From Lama glama (Eukaryota), in the NCBI GenBank assembly GCA_028534125.1, contig CM052816.1:56608001-56672000 (forward strand): DNA of 64,000 nt. Direction: 5' to 3'. This document shows, one piece after another, positions 24,990 through 37,482 of the stretch (position 1 is its first letter; every line of letters starts with the position of its first letter). The notes beneath the pieces are model-generated. The model was not told where the DNA came from, made no database searches, and saw only the letters and a program-made list of their open reading frames with translations. The translations under genes and the position numbers were made by a program.

Positions 24990-25230
24990 GTATCCTGTTA
25001 AGTAAAAAATCAAATTGAAAAATACTACATACCTTACAGTATGATCTCAGTTTTGCAGACATAAATTAATTTAAATTACGTGCATGTAAGAATTCTACCA
25101 GATTGTATAAGACGTTAGCATCTCTTGGGGAAAGAGATTATGGGTGGTTTTTAATCTCCTTCCTTAAAATATTTTCATCATTTTTCTGAATTTTTACAAC
25201 AAGCACATATTATTTTTATAATTAGAAAAG
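24990..25230 (+). mobile_element. Old L1 (L1ME-like) 3' fragment
   Basis: gattatgggtggtttttaat...ttttacaacaagcacatattatttttataattagaaaa. Confidence 0.55.
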
Positions 25231-25569
25231 ACAAGAATCCTTTTTCAGTGTGCAAAAGATGACCTTGACAGCTACATCTGCTGAACCTCACAGTCTGTCC
25301 TCGCAGCCAGAGGTCCAAGGTTCATAAGATATGTCTACACTCTGCCTCATCTGGCTGAAACTCATCCATTCATTCCCCCAGAGACCAGGGTTGGTATGCA
25401 GGGTAGACATGATTCCAGTCCAGTCCTGGTGCAGGAGGCCCTGAGAGTCCCTAGTGGGTGGGGATGGGAGGTGCTAGAAAGCTACGCCTTGCCTCGGGGC
25501 TAGAGCAGAGGTGGGGCAGAGACCAGCTCCCAATTCACCAAGCCGTTCCCTCCTCCTTCTTCGTCGTGG

Positions 25570-25880
25570 TCCCTCGTGATTCCGTTTGTTCTTGTGACTG
25601 AAGAAATGTGAGCAGAAGTGATAGGCCCCCTGCCCAGGCCTGGCCCTCCAACACCCGAGATGTGCTCTGCCACGTTCTTTCTCCTTGTGCTGGGTTCCTG
25701 CAGAAGGGCCATGTGAGACAGGTGGCCGAGCCACCCTGGGCCCCTGTGTCTCATATTGAAGCAGAGCCAGCTGCAGATTGGGAATATATACTGAATCTGC
25801 TATAAGCGAAAAATAATAAACCTTGATCACATCTGGGCTGTGAGCATTTGGGGGGTTTATCTGTGACAGAATCTTTACAG
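25570..25880 (+). mobile_element. MaLR LTR fragment (MLT1-like)
   Basis: gaaatgtgagcagaagtgat ... aataaaccttgat...gagcatttggggggtttatctgtgacag. Confidence 0.6.
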
Positions 25881-26154
25881 TAGGTTTTGAATGAGGCACT
25901 ATCGATGTGCAGGGGAAAGAGACACAGAAAGTAATTAATAGCAGAGCAGCAGCCCCCTGAAGGAGGACTACGTGGAATAAACTGGATTGTGTTGCCTCGA
26001 GTCTCACATCTAGGCAAATGGGAGCAATTACCGGCACAGATGACAAAATGGACGGACGAGGCTGGATGTTTGGGCCCCACCTGACAACCAACTGATGGAA
26101 AGTGAATGAAAAAATAATCTGTCTTCTCTGGGAAGATGGTCTGGAACAGGGATC

Positions 26155-26730
26155 TGACTGAACAGAGCAGGACCCTGTGGGATCCTCCCTGATACGAATC
26201 CCTTCTGTGTCCCCCGTTTCTTGTTTGTAGGAAATAGGCTTCTTTCAGCCTCCTTGACCTTCTCTGAGTTCCAAAGGGTAGATTCAAACAGTTACTAATC
26301 AGGGAAGGGAGGGAATGCAGAAATGAAGGAGAAACAGTTGAGAAACAACAGTGCAGCCTTGGGGCAGGGTCCTGGTTCCTCCTCAAGGAATACACAGAAC
26401 AGTATATCTTTGAGTTCTTCTGCAGGAACTAAGGCCCCCCACCCGGGAGGAGGATGGTAGCTTCAGGCTGAGCACAAGATTCCTGGAGCACCGCCCTCTG
26501 ACCTCACCACCGGCCAATCAGAAGAAAATCACACACCCCGCAGCCCCCACCCCAGATTTTATCTATAAAACATTTTCCTCAGAAACTATTAAGGAATTCA
26601 GGTTTTTCGAGCATCAGTGACCCTTCCTCCTTGCTTGGCCCCACAATAAACCTTTTTTGCTCCAAACTTCAATGTTTCGGTTTGTTTGGCCTCACTGTGC
26701 ATTGGGCACACAAATTTTTGCTTGATAACA
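26155..26730 (+). mobile_element. ERV1-type solo LTR (A)
   Basis: TG...CA ends (tgactgaacagagcaggaccc ... ttgataaca), CCAAT near 26514, TATAAAA 26564-26570, AATAAA 26645-26650. Confidence 0.8.
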
Positions 26731-26736
26731 TGATTT

Positions 26737-27357
26737 TGAGACAGGAAGGAAGGGAACAGAGCACAACCATTAAAAGAATGACACCGCAATTTAGTACCAA
26801 AATGGTGGAAGATTCAAGCTAGACCTTGAGCTTCAATATACGCTCATTGAAATACAATAGCACGCTGAATGGCACTCCCACAGGTGCCAGGACTGTTTCA
26901 AGGCTGACCATAAAAGGTCAACAAGTGGGTGGTGGCCCAGTTCCTGGGACTCCCAACCCCTTCCCCAAAGTAGTTGGAATAATCCTCCCACTTGTTAGCG
27001 TATGAAGTTACCAAGCCCCTTAAAAACCAACCAACCCCACACATCAGACCCAATCTCATTTTTCCTAGCCAACCCCACACTCTTGAGTCTGCCGCTCTCC
27101 CGTCTGAGTAAGATGGCCCCCATTCTGCCTATGGAATGTGTATCTCCTAGTCCTTTCTCTTGCTTTCTGAGACAGCCAGTACTTTGTCGATGGAGTGTAC
27201 ATCTCTCTGAATAAATCTACTTTTACTCAACTACGTCTTGCTCTTGAATTCTTTACTGCATGAAGCCAAGGACCCTCACTTGATGGGGAACATCCCAGGG
27301 ACTCAGCCAAGACCTGGGACACAGCCATTCTCTGGTGCCCCATTTTTTCCTGTATCA
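26737..27357 (+). mobile_element. ERV1-type solo LTR (B), different sequence from A
   Basis: TG...CA ends (tgagacaggaagg ... cctgtatca), TATA-like TTAAAAA 27020-27026, AATAAA 27210-27215, U5-like ctcttgaattctttactgcatgaagccaaggaccc. Confidence 0.8.
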
Positions 27358-29994
27358 ACATCATCGCTCACCAAACAGAGCTATCCTGCCATTACAGCAG
27401 CAAGTTGCGGGAGAAGGGCTAGCAAGAAGTTCCATTGGCAGCCTGGGTCTTCTTGCTTGAATGAAACAGCTCACCCATTTGAAATTGTCTTAGGTTAAAA
27501 CTCGGCACCAGGCTTCTCAGCCCAGATGTGAAATTTTATTGTCAAACAAATACAAAGAAATTTAAAAGGTTCTGGGGCTCTCAGGTTGTTGCATTTTAAG
27601 TGTTCTTTCACGGAAAAATTAGGCCAATAGATAGATGCTCTCATTTGAATGCAAAATTTTGCAAACATTTACTACTTAAAAAGAGAATATGACTCTCTAT
27701 ACTTTCAAGAGCTGTGAAATAACAGCCAATAACAAAGGAGAACAAATGTGCTTATTAATAAACTGTCTGTCCTTTTCCTGTCTCTCCACGCACGTGAAAT
27801 CTTGATGTTGAATAACAAACCTTGACCCATAAACACTTTCTCTGTTTTTCATGGTTTCCTTTCATGGCCTTTTACTAGGCACAGTCTGGACGATGTCTTG
27901 ACAACATCTGCCTGTTACTCAAAGAGGAGATAATTTCTGAGCAATGCTGTGCCCAGATAAGGAGCTGAAATTCAGCATCACAGGACAGCATGTTAACTAA
28001 AAGCCAAGGTGAAGCAGAGAAGCTGACACTTTGGACCAAAGGGCTCCTTTATCAGAACCAGAAAACACTCAGGCCGCCCAATACCTGCAATAACATAGCA
28101 CCGTAAAAATGAGGCACAGGATGGACATAGGTGATGTCACAAGGAGAAGCAAGCAGAATGGTATTAAAGTCTAGAAAACTCTCAGAAGAGGAAGCGTAAG
28201 TAAATTATAAATCCCTTCTGGGGCAGAAGCAGAGGCAAAGCTCCTGACAAAGCATGGCTGCTCCAGGAGACCATCCCACAGACCCCTGAAAGTCCACTGC
28301 AGACCACCAGGGAGGCCTGGACCACCCGTGGAGGACCACGGGGCCGGCAGGTAACGCTGGGAGCACAAAGGCAACCCTCTCTGTGGCCACAGCTCCTTTC
28401 ATTGCCTGAAAGAGGCAGTGATACTTACAACCCATTCTGGGAGTCTGCAGGGCTCCATAAGTTCTTGTGAAGCTTGGAGGAAAGACCAAAATTATATTAT
28501 TCCTGGCAGGGAATGTTCCCTCTAAAATACCTTATAATTACAGTGCCACCCTTGTAGACAGACTGCTGTGAGGTCCTGAGCTGTATCATAAACTTATTCC
28601 CACCTAATAAACCCCCACTCTTGGCATTTCCCTCCCTAAAGCGTTTGTTTTTACCCCAGAGTCTTCTGGGCCCTGGCCTACCAACTCAGAAGGCTAATCT
28701 CAGGAGGCTAAAACTGGAGCAGGACCAATCGAGTTTCAAGTCTAATCACTTTGTGTCACCAAGGGGGAGCTGAGGTTCCGAGGAAGGACACTGCATGGAT
28801 TTCTGAGCTGCAGGAAACACTCACCAGGTCCCCTGAATGACCCCTAGAGGCTCGGCCATTTTCTAGAGCTTTCAAAACACTGGTGTTCTGTGGTTCCCTG
28901 GGCTGCGCCCACCACACGTGGAGACGTGCTTAACATGGACATTTTCCCAACCTCAGTCTCTCTCAGGTGTGTGTGTACGTGCACACATACTCACACATGG
29001 TGTTGAGTTGATCTCTTCTGTTACAAGGCATTTGTGTGCATGTACTTGTGGATCTGTGCTTACATTCCAGTGACTGCTAAGACTTGTTGGGATGAGAATC
29101 CAAGAGGGTACGTCATTTAGCAAAATTGTGTACTTAGTTATTCTAAGTTAATAGGTCAACAACTCAGGGGTTTCCACAAAGAGCACGTGTCTCCCTGTTA
29201 CTCTGCCACTTGAACGTGTCACGTGAGAGGGTCTCTGCATCCCAGGCGTCCTCCGCCTGGATGTGGGCTCACAGGATTTGGGTGGATGTGAAGGAGGGAC
29301 ATTGTGAGACTCAGGACAGGTGAGAGCAGCTTCAGGGTCAGGTCACATGACAAACTGGCTATAAAGTCATTCGCCCGATCTCTTCAACAGAGGCCACCCT
29401 GGTCCAAGGCCATTAGGGCTGGAAGATTTGGGAGAACTGAAAGTCCTCCTCCTTACTTTCCCAAAAGGCACCATTCACAGCAGGACCGGTGAGCAAGCCC
29501 CAACAGCTTCTTGCTCAGGAGACGTTGATGCCCAAAGCTGTAGCAGAAGGTAAAAGCTGTTGTGGGGGGCCCCCACTGGCTGCTGACCGACTCACAGATG
29601 GGTTTGAGAACTACCTAAAGTGACCTTCGGAAATTTCAGGAAGTGTTTGTGCATGCACGGCGGAGGTGGAGTAAATGGAGTGGTGGTTGGCTATATTTAA
29701 GGGAAGAGATGCTGAAGAGACAGCAGACTGGGGCAAAAATAGGGCTTTGGGTCATTAATGTTAATCAGAGCTCGTTGGTAGTCCCTGCCTGGCCTGGTGA
29801 AAGCTGGGACATACTAGGAAGACAAAGTGAACACTTTTATTGGGAAATCAGTTTCTCCTGTTAGCACAGAACAGTATCCCAGGGGCTGAAAGTTCATCCC
29901 TGCAGGACCAGCTTGCAGTAAAGAGTGACCTTAGCTCCAGGGAAACTCAGTCCACCTGATGCATGCAACAGGAATATTCCGGTTAATGGAAAAC

Positions 29995-30240
29995 CCTCTA
30001 GGTGTGAATCCTGGCTCTCCTTACTGTGTGATTTGGGCCAAATTACTTAACCTATTTGATCCTCAATTGACCATCTATTATATGGGTGTAATGATACTAA
30101 ACTCACAGGGTGTACAGAGGAGGGGATCATTCATTTATCTAATCAACAAGTATTTACTGAGACCAACTATGGATCAGGCACCAGAGATATAATGATGAAT
30201 AAAAAACCCAGTCCCTTCACTTAAGGAGTTTATCACTTAT
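29995..30240. mobile_element. MIR fragment followed by L2 3' fragment
   Basis: gaatcctggctctccttactgtgtgatttgggccaaattacttaacc (MIR); tcattcatttatctaatcaacaagtatttactgaga (L2 tail). Confidence 0.7.
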
Positions 30241-31284
30241 CACCTGGTAGAACATGAAATAATGTATAAAATCCACATCAACACCATATCTGGGAATAAA
30301 AGGTATCGAACAGACACTTTCACCACTACTTTCCGTTGCTAGTATTTCCATTAAGGCTTTCATGCCTACAGATAGAAGCCCCATCACGGCAAGGAATTGT
30401 ATTTATTTTGTGCATTGCTAAATAAGCACACAGTAGGCAACCAAGAAATAGTTGGTGAGTGAATAAGTCCAATCATTCCTCATAACTTTTAACACGCTTC
30501 CTTAGCTCTTGCACAAGAAGCGTGTCTTGGACTGCAAACCCATATATCCCCACCACGTGCTGCCCAGGGCTGATTTTTTTTAAATGATAGTTTTCGCTGA
30601 AATATTTTCCTTGCAACTTATAGACACATACACTTATTTACATATTCATGTTTCCCCTTCCAGCTTAGTCGTTGTTCACATATATTTTCCGTGTGTTTTG
30701 AGGACCAGGATGGGCTGGGCAACCAGGAAGCACCCACAAGGCAGCCATCTGCAGGCTCTGGGCAGTGAGCATGCGCTCTCCCTTGCGCTCCTCCATTGCG
30801 CAGGCCCCGTGATGCACGTTGTCTGCTCCACTGTGATCTCTCTTCCAGCCATTCATCCTGTGTTCCGGGGGAAGAGTGCTTGACCCCAGATGGCTGAAGG
30901 AAGATGCACAAGTGCTGGAGCCATAGGTCCCCAGTGGAAGCAAAGAGTTTTCTACTGGACGGTGAGATGCGAGTTTTACAGAAGCCCAAGGGGTCTTCAA
31001 AGCAATGATGGTAAAGTGGAAAGAAGATCATAAGCTTGTGGGGGTTTGATAGGCATCCTTAGACATCTGCAAAGGAAACAGCACAGTAGCTGGGAGGTCT
31101 GACAGGCCATGGTAGACCTGCTAGCTTCAGAGACCATGGCCAGAGGCATGCCATGCATTAAAGAGCTTTGAAGCAGGGAAGAGCCATTACTAATGGTGAG
31201 AAAATATCTCCCCACAGGGGTGATGTTCCAGTAAGTTCCCTAGTGCTCCCACCTCCTACATTGTCACCACTATGGATGTACAGG

Positions 31285-31640
31285 GAGCTGAGAAATGGCT
31301 CAAGATGGCTTAAACTAGGAAAGAATTTATTCAACAATATTTCCAAAAACCCACAGGTAAGCATGCAGCAGACCTCAAAATAAACTAGAAGCCAGGGTAC
31401 AAAAGCCATAAGGAATCTGACTCTTCTGTCTGCTCCTCCTGGTGAGTCCACTTTCTTCCCTTTTTATGCCCTGGCTGTCTCTGCTTCTGTGGACAGCACC
31501 ATCGACAAAATAACCCATAATGGCGTCCACCCACCTGGAAAAGTCTAGCTCCTTCCCCACTTTATTCCACATTCCTAAGAAGAGATATTCCTATTGGTCC
31601 AACCTGGGCCTGGTGCCTTCTCCTAGGGCAGGGGGCTGGT
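31285..31640 (-). mobile_element. Old MaLR LTR fragment (MLT1-like)
   Basis: ggcttaaactaggaaagaatttattca ... ctattggtccaacctgggcctggtgcc. Confidence 0.45.
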
Positions 31641-32274
31641 TAGTATCCTACAAACATGGCGACCAACAGCCATGGTGGGGGGTGGGTGGGGATGAGAGGA
31701 GCAGGGAAGAAGTTCCAGAAAAGGCTGCGGGTGGAATAGGGGTAACTTCCTGGACATACGACCAGTAGGTTTCCACCACAGTTCCTGACTCAGGATACAG
31801 CCTATAAATGTACCAACTAGTAGTTTGAAATTGGGCTGTAGGTTCTTAGTTGGACGCAGGGTGAAGGAAGCTGAAATTGGCCTCATAGTTGGAGGCCCAG
31901 GGGTTCTTGTTTCTGCTTTGTGGCCTGAGGCAAGTTCCCGTCTCTAGATATTACTTTCTTTTTCTGAAAAAGAGAAATTGCATTGTGCTGGTTCTAATAA
32001 TTATAAAACATTTTCAAGTATTTCATATTTTAATGTTTAAAATGTAACATTCTCAAGTTTATCACCCCCTTGACAATAAGACTGCTTAAGTGGCATGGTC
32101 TTTACTTTCTACCGGAGTTACAGCAACTGATTTCTCAGATGAAAAGTTCTAATGGGGTGACATTCATGTGTCTGAAAACTAAAAGACAGGGAGAGTGAAT
32201 TCATTACTAATCCATAAATATAGTTTTGTTGGTCATCTCCAAAATAGAATCCATTCAGGTATGAATAATATTAA

Positions 32275-32480
32275 TAATAATGGCTACCATTTTTCTAGCT
32301 AATAATAGCATTTTCTGTTTGCCAGACTCTGTACTAAGATTTCAGCTGATATTTCATTTCGTTGTCACAATAATACAAGGTAGATATAATTTTCAGTCCT
32401 CATTTGACAGATAAAAAAGCAGCTCTGGCTTAAAGAGGTCACCCTGAAATATGACAGAGCCAATGCTCAAACCCGTTTCT
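32275..32480 (-). mobile_element. MIR SINE fragment
   Basis: aataataatggctaccattt ... ctcatttgacagataaaaaa ... gacagagccaatgctcaaaccc. Confidence 0.6.
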
Positions 32481-33651
32481 TCCATAAAAGACTGAAAACT
32501 ATATTGCATTAGCTGACCTCTGTCCCATAAATCAACATTAAATAAAATGCGGTGGAATTAGTAAATTATAAAGTGATCCATATGATGTGTGTGTGTTACA
32601 CATGTCACGTATGTTGCCTTTCATCTAAGATATTTCCTTCTTCAATGCACGTGCCAGAAAGATAGAGGTGCATGTAAGTGTTTAAACATTTAAATAGAAC
32701 CTATTCCCTTGTCTGAAAGGCATGATAGCGTCTCGCTCACAGAGCCAGACGTGTGGGGGATACTTTGCAAGCACGAGCTCCGCTATGTAAGGGCCCAGAG
32801 TTAAGGTTTTAAGTTTTTATTGGCCTGAGTAGGGCGGTTCAAGCCTTGAGGTTTTACGGCTCGGGCCATGTGGTTCGGGAGGTGCTGTTGCAGGGTGTGT
32901 GGGTTTGTGATGGCTCATGCGTGCACACGTGTGTGTGCATGGCTGGGTGTTTTCCAGAGTGGAACAAGAAGGATTAACTTTCAGCGTTTGGCTTGCCCTA
33001 ACCTATAGCATCTGGGCACTGGCTTTAAGTTCTCATAAAGTGAGCCCCCGGAGACTTGTTAAATAATTTATCCTCAACTTTGGAAGAGCAAAGGAATAAA
33101 GTGATTAAGAAAAATGGAAAGCCACATGATAATGTGCCATTGATGGGGCAGGGTTGTCTTGCACGGGGGTACATGGCAGGTGTGGGAGTGGCTGGCTTGG
33201 TCAGGGGAGGGGAGGGTTAGGCCTGGGTTCGGGGAGCCCTTGGAGCAGACCGCTCTAGACCTTATCCCCAGCAGCCACAGCAAAGAAAGTGAGAAAAGCC
33301 TCCATTCTCTACTCCAAATGGTCCCCAGTTTAAAACACACTGAGCCATGCTAATTTTAAGGCCTCTCAATATAACCATTTTATTTCATCCAGCTGTGAGG
33401 GCCGACTTTTGGCTTAAAAGGAGAGCCAGAGAGAGAAGGAGGGCAGAGCTGGAAAAATAAATCCACAGGATGCCTGTCAGTACCTGGTTTCCAGTGGGGG
33501 CATGGGAGCTGGAGCAAAGGCACGTGGGTGCTAGAAGACAGAGCACCTCCTGCTGACTTTAAACGACCTCCTTTCCTGCCCCCGCTGCCAGCAGCTAGCG
33601 CAGGAAAAGCCCTTCAGGCCTCGGTCGTGGTACTCGCACGCTCTCATTCCC

Positions 33652-33815
33652 CCCCCCCTTTTTTTTTTGTTTGAGTGAAGGTAGATTTATACAGAGAAAT
33701 ACATTGAAAGGCAGGAGAAAGGCCATGAGGTGTGGGGGCTGGGTGCTCAGATGAAAAGTAGGTACACATTCCATAGACTGAATGCGGGTCGTCTCTGAAG
33801 AGGGAGAGAGGGCAG
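33652..33815 (-). mobile_element. Poly(A)-tailed retrocopy of an ERV LTR R region (SINE-like)
   Basis: Poly(T) 33659-33668; TSD gctctcattccc at 33640-33651 and 33816-33827; TT/AAAA site; body similar to LTR B 27089-27230. Confidence 0.8.
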
Positions 33816-33907
33816 GCTCTCATTCCCTTTTAATAAAGACGCTTGAACATAGCTCACTCACTCCTCAAATACTCATCCATTCATGGAAACAGCTTCAAGG
33901 AGGCGGG

Positions 33908-34270
33908 GCTAGTCAGGATCTGTGGTTGCAAACAGTAGAAACTACTTCTAGCTAACTTAGGCTGAGAAGGAATTTACTGGAAGGAGATTGGATAGCTTGC
34001 AAAATTGATGAGAAGGCCACATGGAGAACTAGGCGTGGGCGATATACAGGTGCCGAGGAAGGCCAGATGCTAGATACACAGTCAGGGTCATGCCACAGGA
34101 AGGTCTGGACGTCACTGCAGCTTAACGTTGCTGGTCCTGCCAGAATTCATCTCTAAGTGTCCCATATTTCTCTGTATCACTCCCTTCAGATTCCAAGACC
34201 AGGGCAGCTGCATCCATTTCCACACGCCAGGGGCCAGTTTGCTGAGAGAGAAACTATCTGACCTGCTCCT
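33908..34270 (-). mobile_element. Old MaLR LTR fragment (MLT1-like)
   Basis: tagtcaggatctgtggttgcaaacagtagaaactacttctagctaactta...aaggaatttactggaagga. Confidence 0.6.
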
Positions 34271-37200
34271 GCTTTGAGATGAGAGGTAAGCCCTGCCTCC
34301 AGCATATCTCTGGGGATTCAGGTGTTGGGAAGGCAAAATTGACAGGTATTGACAACAGAGCTTTCTCTAAAATTGAGAATTCCCCCTTCCCAGAGATGGA
34401 TTAAGAACGAGAAGTTCCCAATATTGTAATGAGCCCAAAGACTGGTAGCGATATGGTCGGCATTTTGTACTTTCCAGGAGGCTTAGATTTCTTCGACCTG
34501 GTTTCAAAGGAGAGTCTCTTTGAGGCTGTTTGTCTAGGAAATTTAACATGAAGGTCTTTGGGCACATGCAGGTGTAGACCCTGTTGCTATGACATCCTTT
34601 CAAGGGGAGAAGGAAACAGAGTTGGAGAAGTTACATGCCTAGAAAATGGTGGTCCCTCTATGCAAGCAGCCTGGGTGACGTCACCCCATGATGAAAGTCA
34701 AAAGCAAGTGTTTGTCTCTTTAAGCTTCTCACCCGACATGGCATGAGTTAGGCTGAAGATTTAAAGACAGAGCCCAGGGTTTGATCTGGTGTCTCTACTC
34801 AACAAAATCCCATGGCAGGCCCCACAGCCTCGCCTACCACTTGGGGTGGGATTGGGGGAGGACGGTATTTCCCAGCCGTTTGCCTGCTTCCTCTGTTACC
34901 ATTTAATGGGAAGCCCTGAGGATATGAGGGGAAGGAAAAGTGCTCTAGGACTTGGAGACTCCGCCTTAGGTGAGCAACAGGATCCTGGGTCTATGAGCAG
35001 ACCTTTCTGGGCCTTAGTTTAAGAGGTGGGAGGAGAGCAAAAAACCCTCCCTGTTTTAAAATTATCTAAAGGACTGGGGATTTCAAATACAAAGTAGATT
35101 CCACGGTGGCTCAGAGGCTTTGGTGGCCCTAAAGGGAATAAGGAGAAGATGTAAACTCTAAGTGCACTGCCTTTTGAGGCCCAGAGTTTCCCATCGCTAG
35201 GATAAATACCAATTTGTTCTCAATTACTGAAGTGTATCTGACATGATAAGTGTCCACAGTGCCCCTCTCCCGTGGCTAATTCATTTTGTAGGAGCAATTC
35301 TTCTCCAGCTGAAGCATTTGCGTGAGATAAGATGGTTCTTATATAAAAAGCATGCCAAGTGTGGCCCTGGTTTAATAACAAAGTTGAAAATCCAATGGGG
35401 GAAGTTTAAGAAGAGTTCACTGAGACAAGTGAGCTTCCTGGGTGACAGTGTGCAAGGTGAAGGTTAAGGCAGCCCGGCTCAGATGTCAGTCGGATGGGCA
35501 GTGAGCAGTGAACAATGGCCCCCATTCCTCACCACCCACTCCTCAGCCACCCACCATCCCCGTCGCCTCCACCAAGCCTCCCAAAGTTAGTCCATCTGCT
35601 TGTTCAGGAAGACACCTGCGACTGACAAAACGGATATGATTCAATCAAGAACGTTCATTGCCACCTTATGTTAAGCAATGTGACCAAATAACTGGATGTT
35701 TGACTCAAGCATTCTATTTCTGTGTCCTACTGCAAGAGCCAATTTCTCAAAGTTCTTTCCCAGCCTGTTATAAGGGAGAGTGGCAGAAAACTTGACATTT
35801 GAACACATATTGTGTTTTGCAAAGCCTGTCCTTGGAGGCACTCCAGGCCATGGCAGAGACCTTTCCCAGGGCAGGAGGTGGGGATTCTTGTCTGCCCCTG
35901 CCCTGCCTTCTTTGGGGGCAACTCAGAGAGGCAGGGCTGGGGAGGAAGGGGTAGTTTAACTCTCATGCTGGTCTCTGGATATGTCTTCCTCAGCCAGGGG
36001 TCCTGATGAGCCCGGCTGGCAATGATGCCTGTCTCCTCCCATATTCCTGGATCTCTTGGACCAGTCCTTATTTTTAACACTCCATCCCTTGAATTCCTAA
36101 AAAGCTTGTAGTTGTCCGTCCTTACTTCTGATTTGAAGAGTAGGGCCACTGACCACTCAAGTGGTTCTCTTTTCCTTGTCTCATGTCAGTTGTTAACCAG
36201 ATTCTACTGGTGTAGAAGTATTGGTAGGGGTTCTGTTGCTGCCAATGTGGCAGACTATGTGTTCTGAAAAGCCCTCCTACTTCAGAATACCTAGAAATGC
36301 TGGGAAAACATAACAAACAAGAAAGTCAAGCAAACCCCAAGGGGCCAAAAATGAAGAGGGGGGCTATGACCCAGAGTGGGGAGCAAGTGCCAGGTCAGGC
36401 TGTGCTGAGGGTGTTGTGTGACTGTGGTGCCCTTGGGTGTGAACTTCAGGGGACAGGGGCTATGCAGGAAGAAAGGTGAAACTGAGACTCCTGTCACAGT
36501 TTGGGACTTCTAAAGTCAAAGTCAGATTGAGGGGGAACAAGGTGTCCTGGCAAAGAGGGGCACAACTCTGCCCACCTTCCCTTCCTTCTCCCCTTCTCAC
36601 ATCAGACTCTCCAGACAACGTGAGGAGCTTGGGGAGTGGGGGTCAGCATGTGATCAGCTCTGCTACAGGAGAAGAGGATGTTGGAAAACTTTTTAAATAA
36701 ATGGACTTTGTGTTGAACGCCTTCTTTCCTCCCTCTCTGAATCCTGTCCCACCTCCCAGCACCCCATCCCACCCATCACAAACAAGTGGAGATATTTTGC
36801 AGGCAGATGGAGGTCAGTGAAACCATCCTAAGGCACTAGTGAGGCTAAGGGGGTGGGGGGAGTTAAGACAGAGGAGTGGGGAGCCCATTCCTTTCCCCAC
36901 CCAACCCAGCTGCCTCCAGCAAACCCCAGAACCACTCTCCACTCCAGCTTCTGCCAACTTCTAGTTCCTCCCTAGAGCTTACCTCTGGGAGAACTAGGTA
37001 AGTATCCACAAATTTTACTTTGTTTATTTTGCAATTTGGAACTGTAAAATGATATATACTACAGGTTCATGAAGGTGTAATTTTGGAATAAATATTTTTA
37101 ATAAAACCCTTTAAATCTATTTCAGTATTTGGATTTAAATCATCTCTTAAAACTGAATACACAGGATAAATTATAGTCACAGGTCCCTCAATTTTCCATA

Positions 37201-37482
37201 AGCCTCGTGCCTCTAGTTACATGGTTTTAAGTTACAGGACGTTTTCAGCACAGCTTGGAGTTGGAACGCAATTTCATTTTACAGCTTGAGAACCATTTCA
37301 CAGGGTAAATACTCTTCGACTAAATCTACGGAATGAACGAATGTTAGAAAAGCAAGGAGAGTTTTACAAGGCAGGTGTGGTGAGGCAGGCGGGGGAAGAG
37401 GGAGGTTAAGTCTAAATAAGATGCAGACATTTCTGCGGGTATCTGTAAAACTAAGCAAACAGAGCAGCTGGTGGGACAGGCA

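Noticed and set aside
25474..26395. Longest ORFs (205 aa and 214 aa, minus strand)
   Set aside because: They overlap MaLR and ERV LTR sequence and show no recognisable domain; chance ORFs.
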